Shown: one piece after another, positions 13,843 to 26,500 of the stretch | Layout of the letters: each line of letters opens with the position of its first letter | Position numbering within the stretch: position 1 is the stretch's first letter | NCBI GenBank assembly: GCA_001642005.1 | Contig: LWCA01000151.1 | Coordinates: forward strand, 1-47,028 | DNA from: Intoshia linei | Taxonomy: Eukaryota > Animalia > Orthonectida | Reading direction: 5' to 3' | Length of the DNA stretch: 47,028 nt | Position numbers and translations under genes: made by a program | Notes under the pieces: model-generated | Told to the model about the DNA's origin: nothing | Database searches by the model: none | What the model saw: the letters and a program-made list of their open reading frames with translations, nothing else

Positions 13843-15442
13843 TTAATGGTATGGTCGTGAAAAATCATCCGCTTTATAAAATTCTTCATTACCGACTGCT
13901 TCCGTATATTGATCATTAGGTACATAATAATTGTTTTGATCGTAAGTATGTGCGTTTCCATTGTTTGGTACTTGTTGATGATTAGAAATGAAATAAATTT
14001 GTTTCTCTGGAATATAATCGGTTCCTGTAGAGTGTCTCGGATCCGGAAGCGTTTTATCATTTGATTTTAAAAAAGGGAACCATTTTTTTTTGTCACCATA
14101 TTTATAGAGAAAAAAACCAACCAAGGTTATCATGATTAAAATTGATAATATCATAAATATTATTATAACGACTAATCGATTCGATCTTTCTTTATTTTCT
14201 AAATATAGTATATATAATAGTTTATTGTTTGTTACAATATGTATATATTAAATTATTTACTTTGCAAAATTTCGTACTTTAATTTTTTGTAATAACAAAA
14301 TGATAATTTTACAAAAAATGGACCATCTTTCTGCCACTTTGTTATAGCTGGTGTAACGTTTCCTCTAATGTAAAATGTATTTAAATAAACACTTGTAGCC
14401 CATGTAATTGACTCAACTTGTTTAGACATGTCTTTAACATTTGGACATTCATTATTTCCCTGTTTTATTAGATAGAATGGTTTTTCTATTGGTAAGATCA
14501 TTTTGTACAATTTTCGCAATGTATCCTTACGACAACAAAAAGAATATACTGTATTTTGATTGTATTCTCCACTGGGTAGAAATCCTAAGATAATAAATAA
14601 GTGGATTTGGCATTTACCAAATCAGGGTCAGTCAAAATTTACCAGCTTTCGAATTTCCATTTATAAATATCCAATTTGGATCATCAAATTTTACGTCACT
14701 TTGCGAGAAGCTTTTGGGGCATTTAGAATGTTCAAATATACAATATGCACCTAATGTTAATGGAAATAAATAGAATTGACGTTTTTGTTTAACTAGGTAG
14801 TATCTCCAGTCACTATCACCATTCTAGATATACTTACCGTACCCGAGGCCCTTTGGCAAAAATCGACAACATTTTTGTAAAACTTCATTTCCCCGAAATT
14901 TTAAATTAAAATTTTGAATATTGAAACTATTTTGTGTAGCAATTTAAATTTAATTCCTGAACTGTGGAAGGGTGGCTAGGGAATATCGAATTACTCATCG
15001 TTTGCGATTTTTTTGACCTCGAGTATAGTAGATTTGACTGTGATCACCATGAACACGTAGGAAATTAAATAATTGATAAAATTACCTGATGGCCAAATAT
15101 TTCCTCTACTTTTATAGTTGATGACTAATTTTGATTTTGTACAAAAAGATAATTTAATTGATTTAGTTCCAATTTTATTTTTGAAATTTGAATTTGGAGC
15201 TTGAGAGTTCCCCAAATTCGTCCGGTGTATACGATATCCTTACATTAATATTTATAAAAAAAGGTATATAAGCCTACCAACTTTCCAATTAGTGATACCT
15301 CCAGGGCATCCACTTTTCGGCATTAGTAAGGTATACGTTCCATCTGGCCATTCTACATCTATTAATTAATATACTGTTTTTTAATTTTACCTTTTCCATA
15401 TAAACTTGATGATAAGTGCAAACTCAACAAAATTAAATACAT
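13843..15442 (-). CDS. Apextrin C-terminal (ApeC) domain single-pass membrane protein, ~357 aa
   Basis: Six exons (15442-15391, 15358-15278, 15238-15086, 14750-14643, 14584-14261, 14198-13843; 1074 nt, in frame). Signal-like MYLILLSLHLSSSLYG; ApeC motifs WPDGTYTLLMPKSGCP, FCTK, WPSGAYCIF..KCP, LPSGEYNQNT..FCCR, LP..PFYL, C..V, FCYY; TM LVVIIIFMILSILIMITLVGFFLY. Confidence 0.88.
14823..15042 (+). mobile_element. MITE family B (Ac-type 8-bp TSD) in ApeC gene intron 3
   Basis: Perfect TSD ATCACCAT; TACCGTACCCGAG core shared with copies at 21019, 22027, ~24675, 26221, 29034 and 29701. Confidence 0.85.
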
Positions 15443-16421
15443 CTAGTTATTTTATGTTAGTACGTATGTTTTAGTGTGAAATATTTCATAAGTATGCAAA
15501 TATTTACGTATCGATTATATTAAAACTATATATTTTGAATAGTGTCATGTTTTTCAATGTATTATTAAAGGTTATAATTTATAATCTTACGGTAGTTATA
15601 TTTTTTTAATTAGATTCGTTTTCATTTGGAAAAGTTTGATTAGTTTAATAAATCTGATGTGCACATCATTACGTTTGTATAGTACAATTGTAAATTGTAA
15701 TTATAATTAGTACATTATATATTATATATATTAATATCATATACAGTATATTATACGGTACAACATTTTGACACTTTTTAAAAAGTTTTGGCTAACTTTT
15801 AATATTTTGAAAGAGTGAATTGAAAAAATCATATTATAAAAATTACAAAGTAAATTGACGCATGGAAATATTTACTGAAATAGGGACACATAAGAATTAC
15901 TTAAAAACTATTTAAATTTTTTTTTTTATATTTGCTTTACAATTATTTTAGATGTAAAAACATTTTTGAATTATATTTAAACAATTAAAATATAATGACA
16001 ATGTAAATAATGATTTAGATTTCAAATCTCCAATAAAAAATCAAAAGTTTTCCTAAAAAAAACTTTTTTTAATAGTTTCGGGATAAAATTTTAACAGGTT
16101 TATTAACGAATGAAGGTGCTTAATGTAACCAAATTATGTAACTTTTTAACGAGTAAATTTTATTCTATTTAAGTTTTAATAAATATTCAGCAGAATACAT
16201 TCTTCATATTTCATCCTCAATGAAGTACTTTATGATGGAGTCATTTTTTCTCTTTTAAATAATATCATTTTATTTTAACTAATTATGAGTGAAATGTCTA
16301 TGTAAAATTTAATTTAATATTTTGGTTGTCAAATTAAAAAAATCTATCCTCAGTTGAGCTAGCTTCTGTTTGTACGACGTACAAACCCGTCAAGCAGCTT
16401 GACTTAAACTACTAAATATAT

Positions 16422-17018
16422 CAGGGGTCGGTAACCTTTTACATCTGGTGGGCCCCGTTTTTGGAAATTTAAACATGATACATTTAAATTTTAACTGAAC
16501 ATAAACGGTTTTACACAGTTTGTCAATTTATTAGGCAGATTACTAAAATTGATGTAATAAACTTTAGGAATGATGAAAACTTAACTTTTTTTTGTACGAC
16601 TTTTTAGATAAAGTACGAATTTGGAACAGTGACAAAAGTCGTACTTCTGGTCGCACTAATTTAGACGTACTTTTTCAAGTAACAGACTTATTGGCCAAAG
16701 AAAAGACAACTCTTGAAATATGCAAAGTTCTAAAACGCGACCATCGAACAATTAAAAAATTGGCTTATTACCCATCAAAAAAAAATAATAGGTCAAATAG
16801 TGTCATAAATAGGTCATATAGTATATTCAACAAAATAAAATCCAGGGCAAACTAAAAATTAAGTATAAAAATGATTATAATGAGCCAATTAAATTAGAAA
16901 ATGTTTAAAACGGTGTTTAAATTTTGAAAAATTTAAAAATAAGTAAGTTACATATGTACTCAAAGGGCCACCAAAATTATTAAAATGTATGCTGTGGACC
17001 ACTGATTGCCGACCCCTA
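16422..17018. mobile_element. hAT-like MITE carrying a nested Tc1 remnant
   Basis: TIRs CAGGGGTCGGTAA / TTGCCGACCCCTA; same family as 1421-1728 with ~305 bp extra. Confidence 0.85.
16514..16818 (+). mobile_element. Tc1/mariner deletion derivative with transposase HTH fragment
   Basis: Flanked by TA...TA at a site that is a single TA in the empty MITE copy; starts CACAGTTTGTCAATTTATTAGGCA; encodes TLEICKVLKRDHRTIKK, resembling the Tc1 N-terminal helix-turn-helix. Confidence 0.75.
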
Positions 17019-17561
17019 ATTATATAAACGTTGTAGAATTACTACATACCAGATTTCTCCAACATAGTCCAATTGTTGTTCTGAAAGGTTCAGAATAAAG
17101 CAGAAACCGCTTCACGAACTTTACAAATGCCTTCAATAACAATCACTGAAAAGCAGACTTTTAATCCTTCAAACATGCATTTCGGAGAGTGTCGAATCTT
17201 ACTTCTAGTTATGTATGTATCTCATATATACATTGTATGACTAATACTTATTGATGAAGTATGTATAATATACATATAGCAGAAGTATACTTCATTACAA
17301 CTCTGTACATTGTACAGTAAACTTTACAACCGAAGTTCCGATTCGTAGACTCTAATTTTGATAATATGAAGCGATTCATGCTTATTACCGATTTTTTATT
17401 AAATTAATAAGCCTTTTGGAGGCTGAAATTATTAATTTATATCATATATATTATATTATCATTGGTAATGCCACAATATCATTAATGTTTATATTCTCTT
17501 AGTAAAATTCTTCATTATTACTTCTATAGTGATATCATCAACATTTAAAAAAATATAGATA

Positions 17562-20500
17562 ATGTCTGATAAACAATCAGTTTCAAAAAAATCTACGCGT
17601 AAATATTCCCAACACTCATATACGTCGGGGAAAAGCGATAAATCAGAAAAAATGAAGTCTGTTGAAACGTAATATTTATACTAACTCATTCAAATTGAAT
17701 TACATATATGAAACATATACTATTACTACCTGAATATTGTAAACCTATATATTTATATACATTGTATATAAATATACGAATCACATTACTGTCTCAATTA
17801 GTTAAATTTAATGATTAATGATTAAAATTACACAATGACAGTTACATCAATTTACATTTGTATAAATAATTTAATTTTAATTAATCTAAAATTTAAATTT
17901 AGAGGCTCTAATCAATCCAAAATTGTAAACAACTCTGAAAAAAAAACTGGAAATAGTGGTAAAGTTAAAATAAAGTAATGTACATTAGATAAAAGTCCAT
18001 TACAGTCAAAAAAGTTTTAAAATTTAAAAAAATTTTAATGTCAATCCGTATTATATATATATATATAGAATTACATATTGTAAATTTTTTGGTAATTATA
18101 GATTACTAGGTTGATTGTACATTTTTATTTATTAATTAAATTTAAAGGGGATGAAAAAGTTGATAAATCTATTTCAAAAAAGAGAAAAATGAGCGTAACA
18201 AGTTTGGCCAGTGATAAGGAGAAAATAGAAATTCCATACACCAAAAACACTTCAGAAAGTGATCATCAAGGTAGATACAAATGCATAAAATTTAATTAAA
18301 TTGACATTGTAAATTTGAATTATAGCATAGAGGAGGGTGTAAGCTATTTAAGATATAAAGACTAATTTAAATCAATTAAAATTGAAAATATACATAAAGT
18401 GTAAATAGATCATACACGTAGCAAGTCCCTCGGTCCACCTAGTTACTGTTTTGTACAAAACACAAAGCCGAACCTACTATTCTCGAAGTCAATAAAAAAA
18501 TACACATACTAAAAAAATAGCAAACGGTGGGAATCCACATAACTCCACCTATCCAAGACCGTGCACGGGTATGGACTTCAGTTTAAATTTAATAATGAGC
18601 ACTTATGATATGAATTTTACATGATATGTACTTTTTAATATTTGAATTAACAAAAATGAGAACCCATTTATACAAATTTACAAAAATTCGAGAAAGGATT
18701 TCGGTTATGGTAGGTTTGACTATATCAAAAAATACTAGATCGTTTTTTATACATTAATAATTTCACAATAGTACCCCAATCTGTCCTAAAATCAACTGAA
18801 AATCCAAATGAATCTAAAAAAATTGAAAAGTTGCAAAGTGAAAGTAAATTTGATAATTAATATTAATTAACAAATAATGATGATAAAAACTATCAGTAAA
18901 TGAAACTTAAATCTCAATTATACAAACTTACAAACCTAGAGACTGAAACTGAAACTGAAACTGAAACTGAAACAGAAACAGAATCTGAAACTGCATCGAT
19001 ATATGGAACCGAAACCGAAATTGACTCAGAAACGGGAACAGGGTCAACTAGTGATAGTTCAAAATCTTCAAAATTATCAAACTCCGAATCAACAAAAACC
19101 AAAAAATCTTATGATGTTAACCAAGAAACTGAAACGGACCAAAATAATCATGATCTGTCCAGCATAGAATCTGTAGCTAAACCAATGGGGGTATTAATTC
19201 ATCATATCATAATTGCATTATACAGTGAACGTTCTTATTATCAGGGATTGGTTAATTGATTCATTAATAAAAATTATTGAAAACAAAACCAATTAAGGGA
19301 TTTTGAAAAATTATTTTTTAATTAATTAAAAATAGTCAATAATATTGTTATAATTTGCTACAAATTATGTTTAATTGTTTAAAAAATGGTCATGCGTTAA
19401 TAATTAATAGGCAATCGTGGTTAACTAATGTCGGGCGAACATTTAATTGAGCTATATATTTTTAGAGCGATAAATCCTAGACTCTAGGATAGCGTTTTTC
19501 ATATGTACTATCTAGAATACTAAGGCCTGGCACAATAGTGCGTATCAGAAAATTTTATGTGTTCCCACTGGGCACTGCCCAGCGTTAAATTGAAAACGAG
19601 CTATTACCATTTCACAAAATGTCAGTTACATCAGATTTGTTTTGTTAAATATGCTGCTTTTCCTTGCAAAATCTTATGATATAGTTAAGATTTTCAGTAA
19701 GCACCTAAAAATATTAAAATTTTATTATTTTTTTTATTTTTACTGTGCGCAAAATTTTTAAATTGCTTCCAAGTGCGTTTCAATAGAAAAACGGTTTAGA
19801 AACACTGCTCTAGGAATTATAGTAATCATTATATTGATTTTTGGACTAAAATTTTGTGGGTTTTTCCAAGTATCTTTTTTACCCAATATTAAAAATAATT
19901 AATGGACTAAATTTATAGTGTTTAATAAAATGAACGTTTAATAATTATCACAAATAATATAATTTTAGAAAATTCAAATTGAAAGAAAAATCACTACAGC
20001 TGGATTAGAGTAATTTACTTTTGCAATACATTTATATCAGCCTTTCACAAATAATAATCAATGAAATATGACATGACCTGTAAAAAATATTACCAAAAAT
20101 TTTTTTATTACTTTGTATTACCGACTTGTGTAAAAACCCTACATGAACAAATATTTTAACATTAATCGGCGAAAATTATTTTTATAAAATAGGATTTACA
20201 AGTTTCAAACTTTGAACCCAGTACATCAGATCTTCCTGCATTGTATATGCAATGCATATATGTATACATTGTATATTATACAACGTACATGTCCCGTAGG
20301 ATGTATAATTTAAAATATAAATTAAACTTAGAAACAAACATTGGAGAAAAATAAAAAACTTGGTTCGAAAAGTAATTTCATTGAAATAAATAATTAAGTT
20401 TATCATTAGAATGAACTACAAGGTACAATTCCGATAGGTCATTGTGCATCAATATTGATAAAATATTATAATAATGGTAGTTACATTCATTGAAATGATT

Positions 20501-23500
20501 AAAATTTTAATATAGAAAATTATTCTTATTCTCATTACTTAAAGTCCAAGTTTTCACCATCGGGAATTTATTTTAACGATTTAAAATTCGATTTGAAAAA
20601 AGAAAAAGTAATTTTTACCAAATTTATAAAATTTAATCCAATATCCAATGTATGTATTTTTAATTTATTAGATTAAACAAATACCCACTAAAATTGAGCG
20701 TATACTACAAATTCAATGTGCTCGTCAAATGCAAGCTTTTCAAAATGGTAAATCATTAACCGTCTATGAAATATAGTAGGTTTATGCAATCTGGGCTAAT
20801 TACATAATTTTCAAGATTCCAAGACGCTATAAAAAAAAATTTTGTGTGTCCCTCTGTGTAATACATTCTGTAACCATTTAAATAGAAAACTGAGTTATTT
20901 AGAAACATTTAATTTAATTTAATGGAATATACCTATTAAATATAACTTATTTCATAATATAATAAGTCTACGCAGATACAAATTATAATTTAAAACCTAA
21001 TATACCAATAGTTTCTACCAGTTTCGAATCTACCCTACCCGATACCCCTCTTCGGAGTCTCATCGAATTTTTTGTAAAATAATGACCTCATTTTTACAAT
21101 TTTTACATTTATTTTAAAAAATTAATATTCTTAAAAATCATAACTACAGAAGTTTGTATGTTAAATTTTAAAATATCAACTCAAAAGTCTTAGAGAGGTT
21201 GTTAGGGGCTATAATATAACTATATGACACTATGCATTGAATAATTTATGAAATTATGAATATATGAATTGATATGAATTATGAATGGGAATATATTATG
21301 AATTTTTTTAGATGCCTATTTTTATTTTCGGGTGGTCTCTAGCTAAATAGGTTCTACTATGGTTTCTACTGTTCTTATCAGAAAAAAATATCAGATGCTT
21401 TAACGTTCAATCAAAAATTATTTTTAACCCTCGATTAAAAAATCTCCGTAATTACAACCACATTACATTTAAATTTTTAATGAGATGAACCCTACGTTTT
21501 ATACTTTGGAATTCTTGAATCTTTGAACTTGTAATAAATTATTTTTATTTTAATTCTAAATTTTTAGATAAAGCATCAAGTTCATTTGCTTTTGTGGCAC
21601 TAATTAAATCCGATCAAGTATATAAATATTCAAGATATTTTGTTATTAGCTTCGTTTCATTATTACCAAAAACTAGATTTTTTCCTTAAGGGTTAGTAAA
21701 ACTGGAAATTTTTCCTAAAGGCTTATTAAAACTAGATTTTTCCCTTAAAGATTGGTAAATTTTGATTTTTAATAAAATGGTTTGTAGACACCAATTTTTA
21801 TATTTTACTTTTTATAATTTAAATTTAAATTTACATTTTTCATTTTATTTATAGATAATCAGCAATGTAATATCTTTGGTTCCACTAAAAAACGAAAAAA
21901 ATAATAAAATTTGGAATTTTCCTACTAAAGTAAGATAATTAATATTATTATTATAATACATATAAAACGTATTTTGTGCGACGAATAGGAAAAATATTTT
22001 TAAAGTTGCTCTTATTCCCTCATAATCACTGCTGAACCTACCGTACCACGAGACTTCTCTTAGGAGGCCTCGACAAAATGTTGATAAAAATGGCCTCAAT
22101 TCCAAATTGAGTATTAAAACAAATATATTCTTGAATATCATAAGTTATGATTCATAAATATTTAGTGTATTAAATTTAAAATGTCAATCAAAGACCCTTG
22201 AAGGAATGGCTAGAGGTATAAGGTCATATGACGTAATGCGTCGGTTGCAAAAAAAATTTATGCAGTCTATTTTTCATTTTCGAGAGCCTCAAGCTTGGTA
22301 TGTTCAGCTCTCCAGTCATATCCTATTTTATTTTTAACCGATAAAATTGATCACTCATTATCTGAGATAAGCTACATCGTACAGGTATCGTACATTCTCC
22401 GTAATATTGCGATCCAAACTATCATTAAATAAATTAATTTTTAATAACTTAATTTGCCATAATTAAACGATGACTCAAACTGTAGCTATTAATTATATCC
22501 AATATCAATTATTGTATTTATAAAAAATTTTTGGAAATATTCAACTTTTAATGTTTAAAATAATTGGTTGTTTTCGTATTTTTTATATTTTTATTTCTTA
22601 TTTTCCTATTTATGTCTTTTTTTCAGCATACGGGCCATATCCCAGGATTTCATAAATTTTTAAACCGTTAATTTAAAGTTATGTAAATATTTTTCATCCA
22701 TTCCTATCATGCTGATTTTATTTTATATCATGGTTAAAATTTTAATAAACATTCTTAAATTTTAATGATTTATATTTTATTAAATTAGTATACCGATGAT
22801 GTGAGTTCCAAATCATTTGGAGAAGTTTATATAAGATGTGATCAAGTCGAAAGCAATATTGGCGTTCTCATTGAATTTTGTATGTCAATCAAAAACGAAT
22901 CGGTAAATTTTTCATTTAATTTCATTTTAACTACAATTAATTGTACTGTTAAATACTAATGTTTTTAACATGATTGCTTTTATTTATTCCTTTATTGGAC
23001 CATTGCAATTTGCACCAGAACTAAACTTAGAACTTAACGTAATACCCACTTGCTGGTACCGTGAAATTAATTTTTCAGAGATTTACCAATATATATTTTT
23101 TCTTCAGTTTACTAAAAATTATTTCGGTCCTTAAAAATCTTAATTAAAAACTTAGATACGGTATAAAAAGTTTGATTTTTAATTTGAAAATTTAAATATA
23201 TAAAAAATTTCATTTTCTTTGAAATATCAAAAAATGAATAACATCACGATTTTCGGTTTAAAGTTTCACTTTCCCTACATTGATTAAAATTTAGGTTAAT
23301 TATTTAAAAATAATTGAATCTAAAAAACCACCTATATATAATAGTATAAAAAAAATTTATAATTTATTGTAAGTTTCCTAAAAATATTTAAATGAATATA
23401 ATACATAAAAGAACAATAGAGTATGTAAATTAAATTTCAATTTCAGGAACTATGCGTTGTTAGTTGCGGATATGCCTATCTACCATTATTTGAAAAGTCT

Positions 23501-26500
23501 GGAACACCCAGTTCAACAAACAAGTATATTTAAATTTTATTATAATATCCAGGATATATCACATTTAACGACTGAGAGGGGTGAGAAAATTTTAGAAACT
23601 ATTGTGTTATTTTCAAATTATTCCTTTTTTGCAAAACCAAATAGATTATTTTATTCTTTGTCGTTTGCAGTGATTTCACAATGACCACATCTAAATTATT
23701 TAATGGTGTTTAATTTTAATTTTTAGAATTTTTGAAATTGGCTTAATTAAAAGTTCTATATCACCTTTTGTTAGAAATGACAATTCTGAAAGTACCAAAA
23801 ACAGTAATACACATTCATATACAGTAGTATAAGACTTAAAAATATATATTTTAAATATAGTTAGCATTTAAGCCAACAAACCTATGATGAATTTAAAACT
23901 TTTAAATGTTTTTTTAATAAAAATTTTTTTTTATTTTTTTTGTATGTAAAATTAAATACAATCTACATTGTAGGAGACGTGGAGTTAAAAAGTTAATATC
24001 CTGAAATATTTATAAAATCTAGTTTTCATTTTTTCATGTTATTTGATTAAATATACCACAAACATTGATTATCAGAAATTCATTTAAGAAATTCTTCATA
24101 TAGAAATAAAGAAAATAAATAAACCCATTAAAATTTTTAAAGCAAAATTAATGCTTATGATCATTGATAAATAATGTCACAAATTTACATTACAAACGTT
24201 TCAAAACGTAATTGTAGCGTATGGAGATTTTATAGGGGCTACATGAAGATGTATTTATACAATTGTTATAACAATATTTTTTAATTATTTTTTTTTAAAT
24301 TAAAAATAATTTAGAAAAATCTATCAATACCAAAAAAGATCCCCATGCTGTATTGAAATTTATTCAGCCAAATAATATTCAGAAAGAATTACTACAGTAA
24401 TATCTTTTATCATTTTAAAAAGTTAATTTTCAATTGGCACTGGATTCAGGGACGTGGATAGGGCAGAGGACAATATGACGGGCCTTCTATTCTAAATTAA
24501 TTTTTACTAGTGTATATTAGGAAAAATTTTTGTATGGTGAAGAAATTTTTTGATTCCAGCAAAGTAAAACTGAAAAAAAGTTAAATTATGGATAGAGGAA
24601 CAGAATTTTGTTTTAATTTGAATTTATTATTATATTAATGCGGAGCCTCTGTCGATTCTCCACGGTCAACACTGGATGACGCCGAAACTGCTAAGCTCGA
24701 GGTTATCCGAAAAATTAAATATGGGTCCCTAAAAAAATAATAAAAATAATTTTGCAGACAATTCATAAGATCACCTCTTCAAATGTCTTTTATTGGAATT
24801 TTAAATTTATCACACAAAATAGTTATGATATGCAAGAATATAATTTTTTTTAAATTTCAATTTGGAAAAATGAGAACACATTTTTCAAAAATTTCGTCGA
24901 CGCTACAGAAGAGGGCCTCGTAGTACGGTAGGTTTAGTTCTGCCATTGTGAATTTTTTTCGAAAAAATTTTGATAAAGCGTAATAGAAATGTGTGACAAA
25001 AATTCATTTTGATTAAAAATTAATAAAAATGACTAATGTGGGTTAGCTCAGGTAAACTTAGCTGACATTTTCATAATCATCAAAATTTAAATTTTTATTT
25101 TATATTAATTTTTAATACAATTTAGTTTAAATATCAAATTTTAGATGTCTACCCGTCAATATAATTGGTTCTTGTCTGGATCTAAACATGTAATTTATTT
25201 TGAATTTTAAAGGTATATTTTGAACCGTTTAGAACTTTTTTGTACAGAAATTCATTATCCAGGTGTTTAATCCGTGAATGTCATAGCATTAAATCTTCAG
25301 GTAATTATTTTTAAATAATTGTATAAAATTAATTAATTAATTGTACATTGTACAATGTACATTAATTGTATATTGTTGGAAGTATCATACAAATACATAC
25401 AACTTGTATGTAATATATTCGTGTAATAGACTCCAATGACGATTTTCTACGTTTAGCTATAATTATAATTATTGAGAGAAATGTACTATTAAAAAAATTA
25501 CGGATCAAATTATTTAGACCAGTGGTTCTTCTACTTAAAACTCGACGGTCCCATAATTTCACCTAACATTTTTCGAGGAACCTTTGAAAATGTCAAATGC
25601 ATATTTTTAATATACACTTTTATATACACAATTATACACAATATACACTATCTACGGTCTCTCAGGGATCCAAGCACACCAGTTAAAGAAACACCCACAT
25701 AAACAATAAAATATAATACATTACATTACATACATTGTATTATTCATAAAGTCTTGTATGGACTTTACTCGAACTATTCTTAATATTACATAAATGAACA
25801 GATTGTGAACTAAAATTGTTTGATGAACACATTTACATTGACCATTTTTTCTTACGTTTCTCACAAAGCGTATTAAAAATAGATCAGTTTTAAAAACTAA
25901 TTCTAAAAATTCCGCAACTATTTTTTTTAAATTGATCATCATCTCGCTTCCAAAAGGTTCTCCATTTACATATGATATAGAGAACTGTAAATCAGCTATT
26001 TAATAATATTATATTTTAGAATTAATAAACAGAGTATACTTTAACAATTTTCCTCGAATTCTTGATCAACATGATTTATGTGATTTAATTAGGGTATATT
26101 TATATGCGCAATACGTTACTTGATGTATTAATACAATTTATCGAATAATTAAGACAATACTATGGATCTTCCCCTATTCGTTTACTATGTACCTGATATA
26201 ATAGTTTTAGAGTATATCACCAGAGCCAAATTTACACCGTGGGAGGTTGCTAGGGGCTACATCGAATTAATTATAAATTTTTTAAACGTTTTTTTTTGAA
26301 CTTGAGTATGGTACTATCTGAACTGTATATCATTATATGTAAAACTAATAAATTGGTGTATGTATAATAAACATACATTTAGTATCATGTAGAAAGACAT
26401 ACATTTGAGTCAAATGATTTGACTTTTTAACTCGAATTTTCTAACATTTTCAAAAAAAAATGCCAAAACTTACTCCTAACGATTATACAAGGTTTAGTTA

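Noticed and set aside
17040-17210. Coding-like, GC-richer segment
   Set aside because: Contains stops and no recognisable motif; possibly TE debris.
21845-22141. 98-aa minus-strand ORF
   Set aside because: Overlaps MITE family B inside an NPHP1 intron; spurious.
25040-25070. TAGCTCAG tRNA A-box-like motif
   Set aside because: No downstream B-box or cloverleaf.
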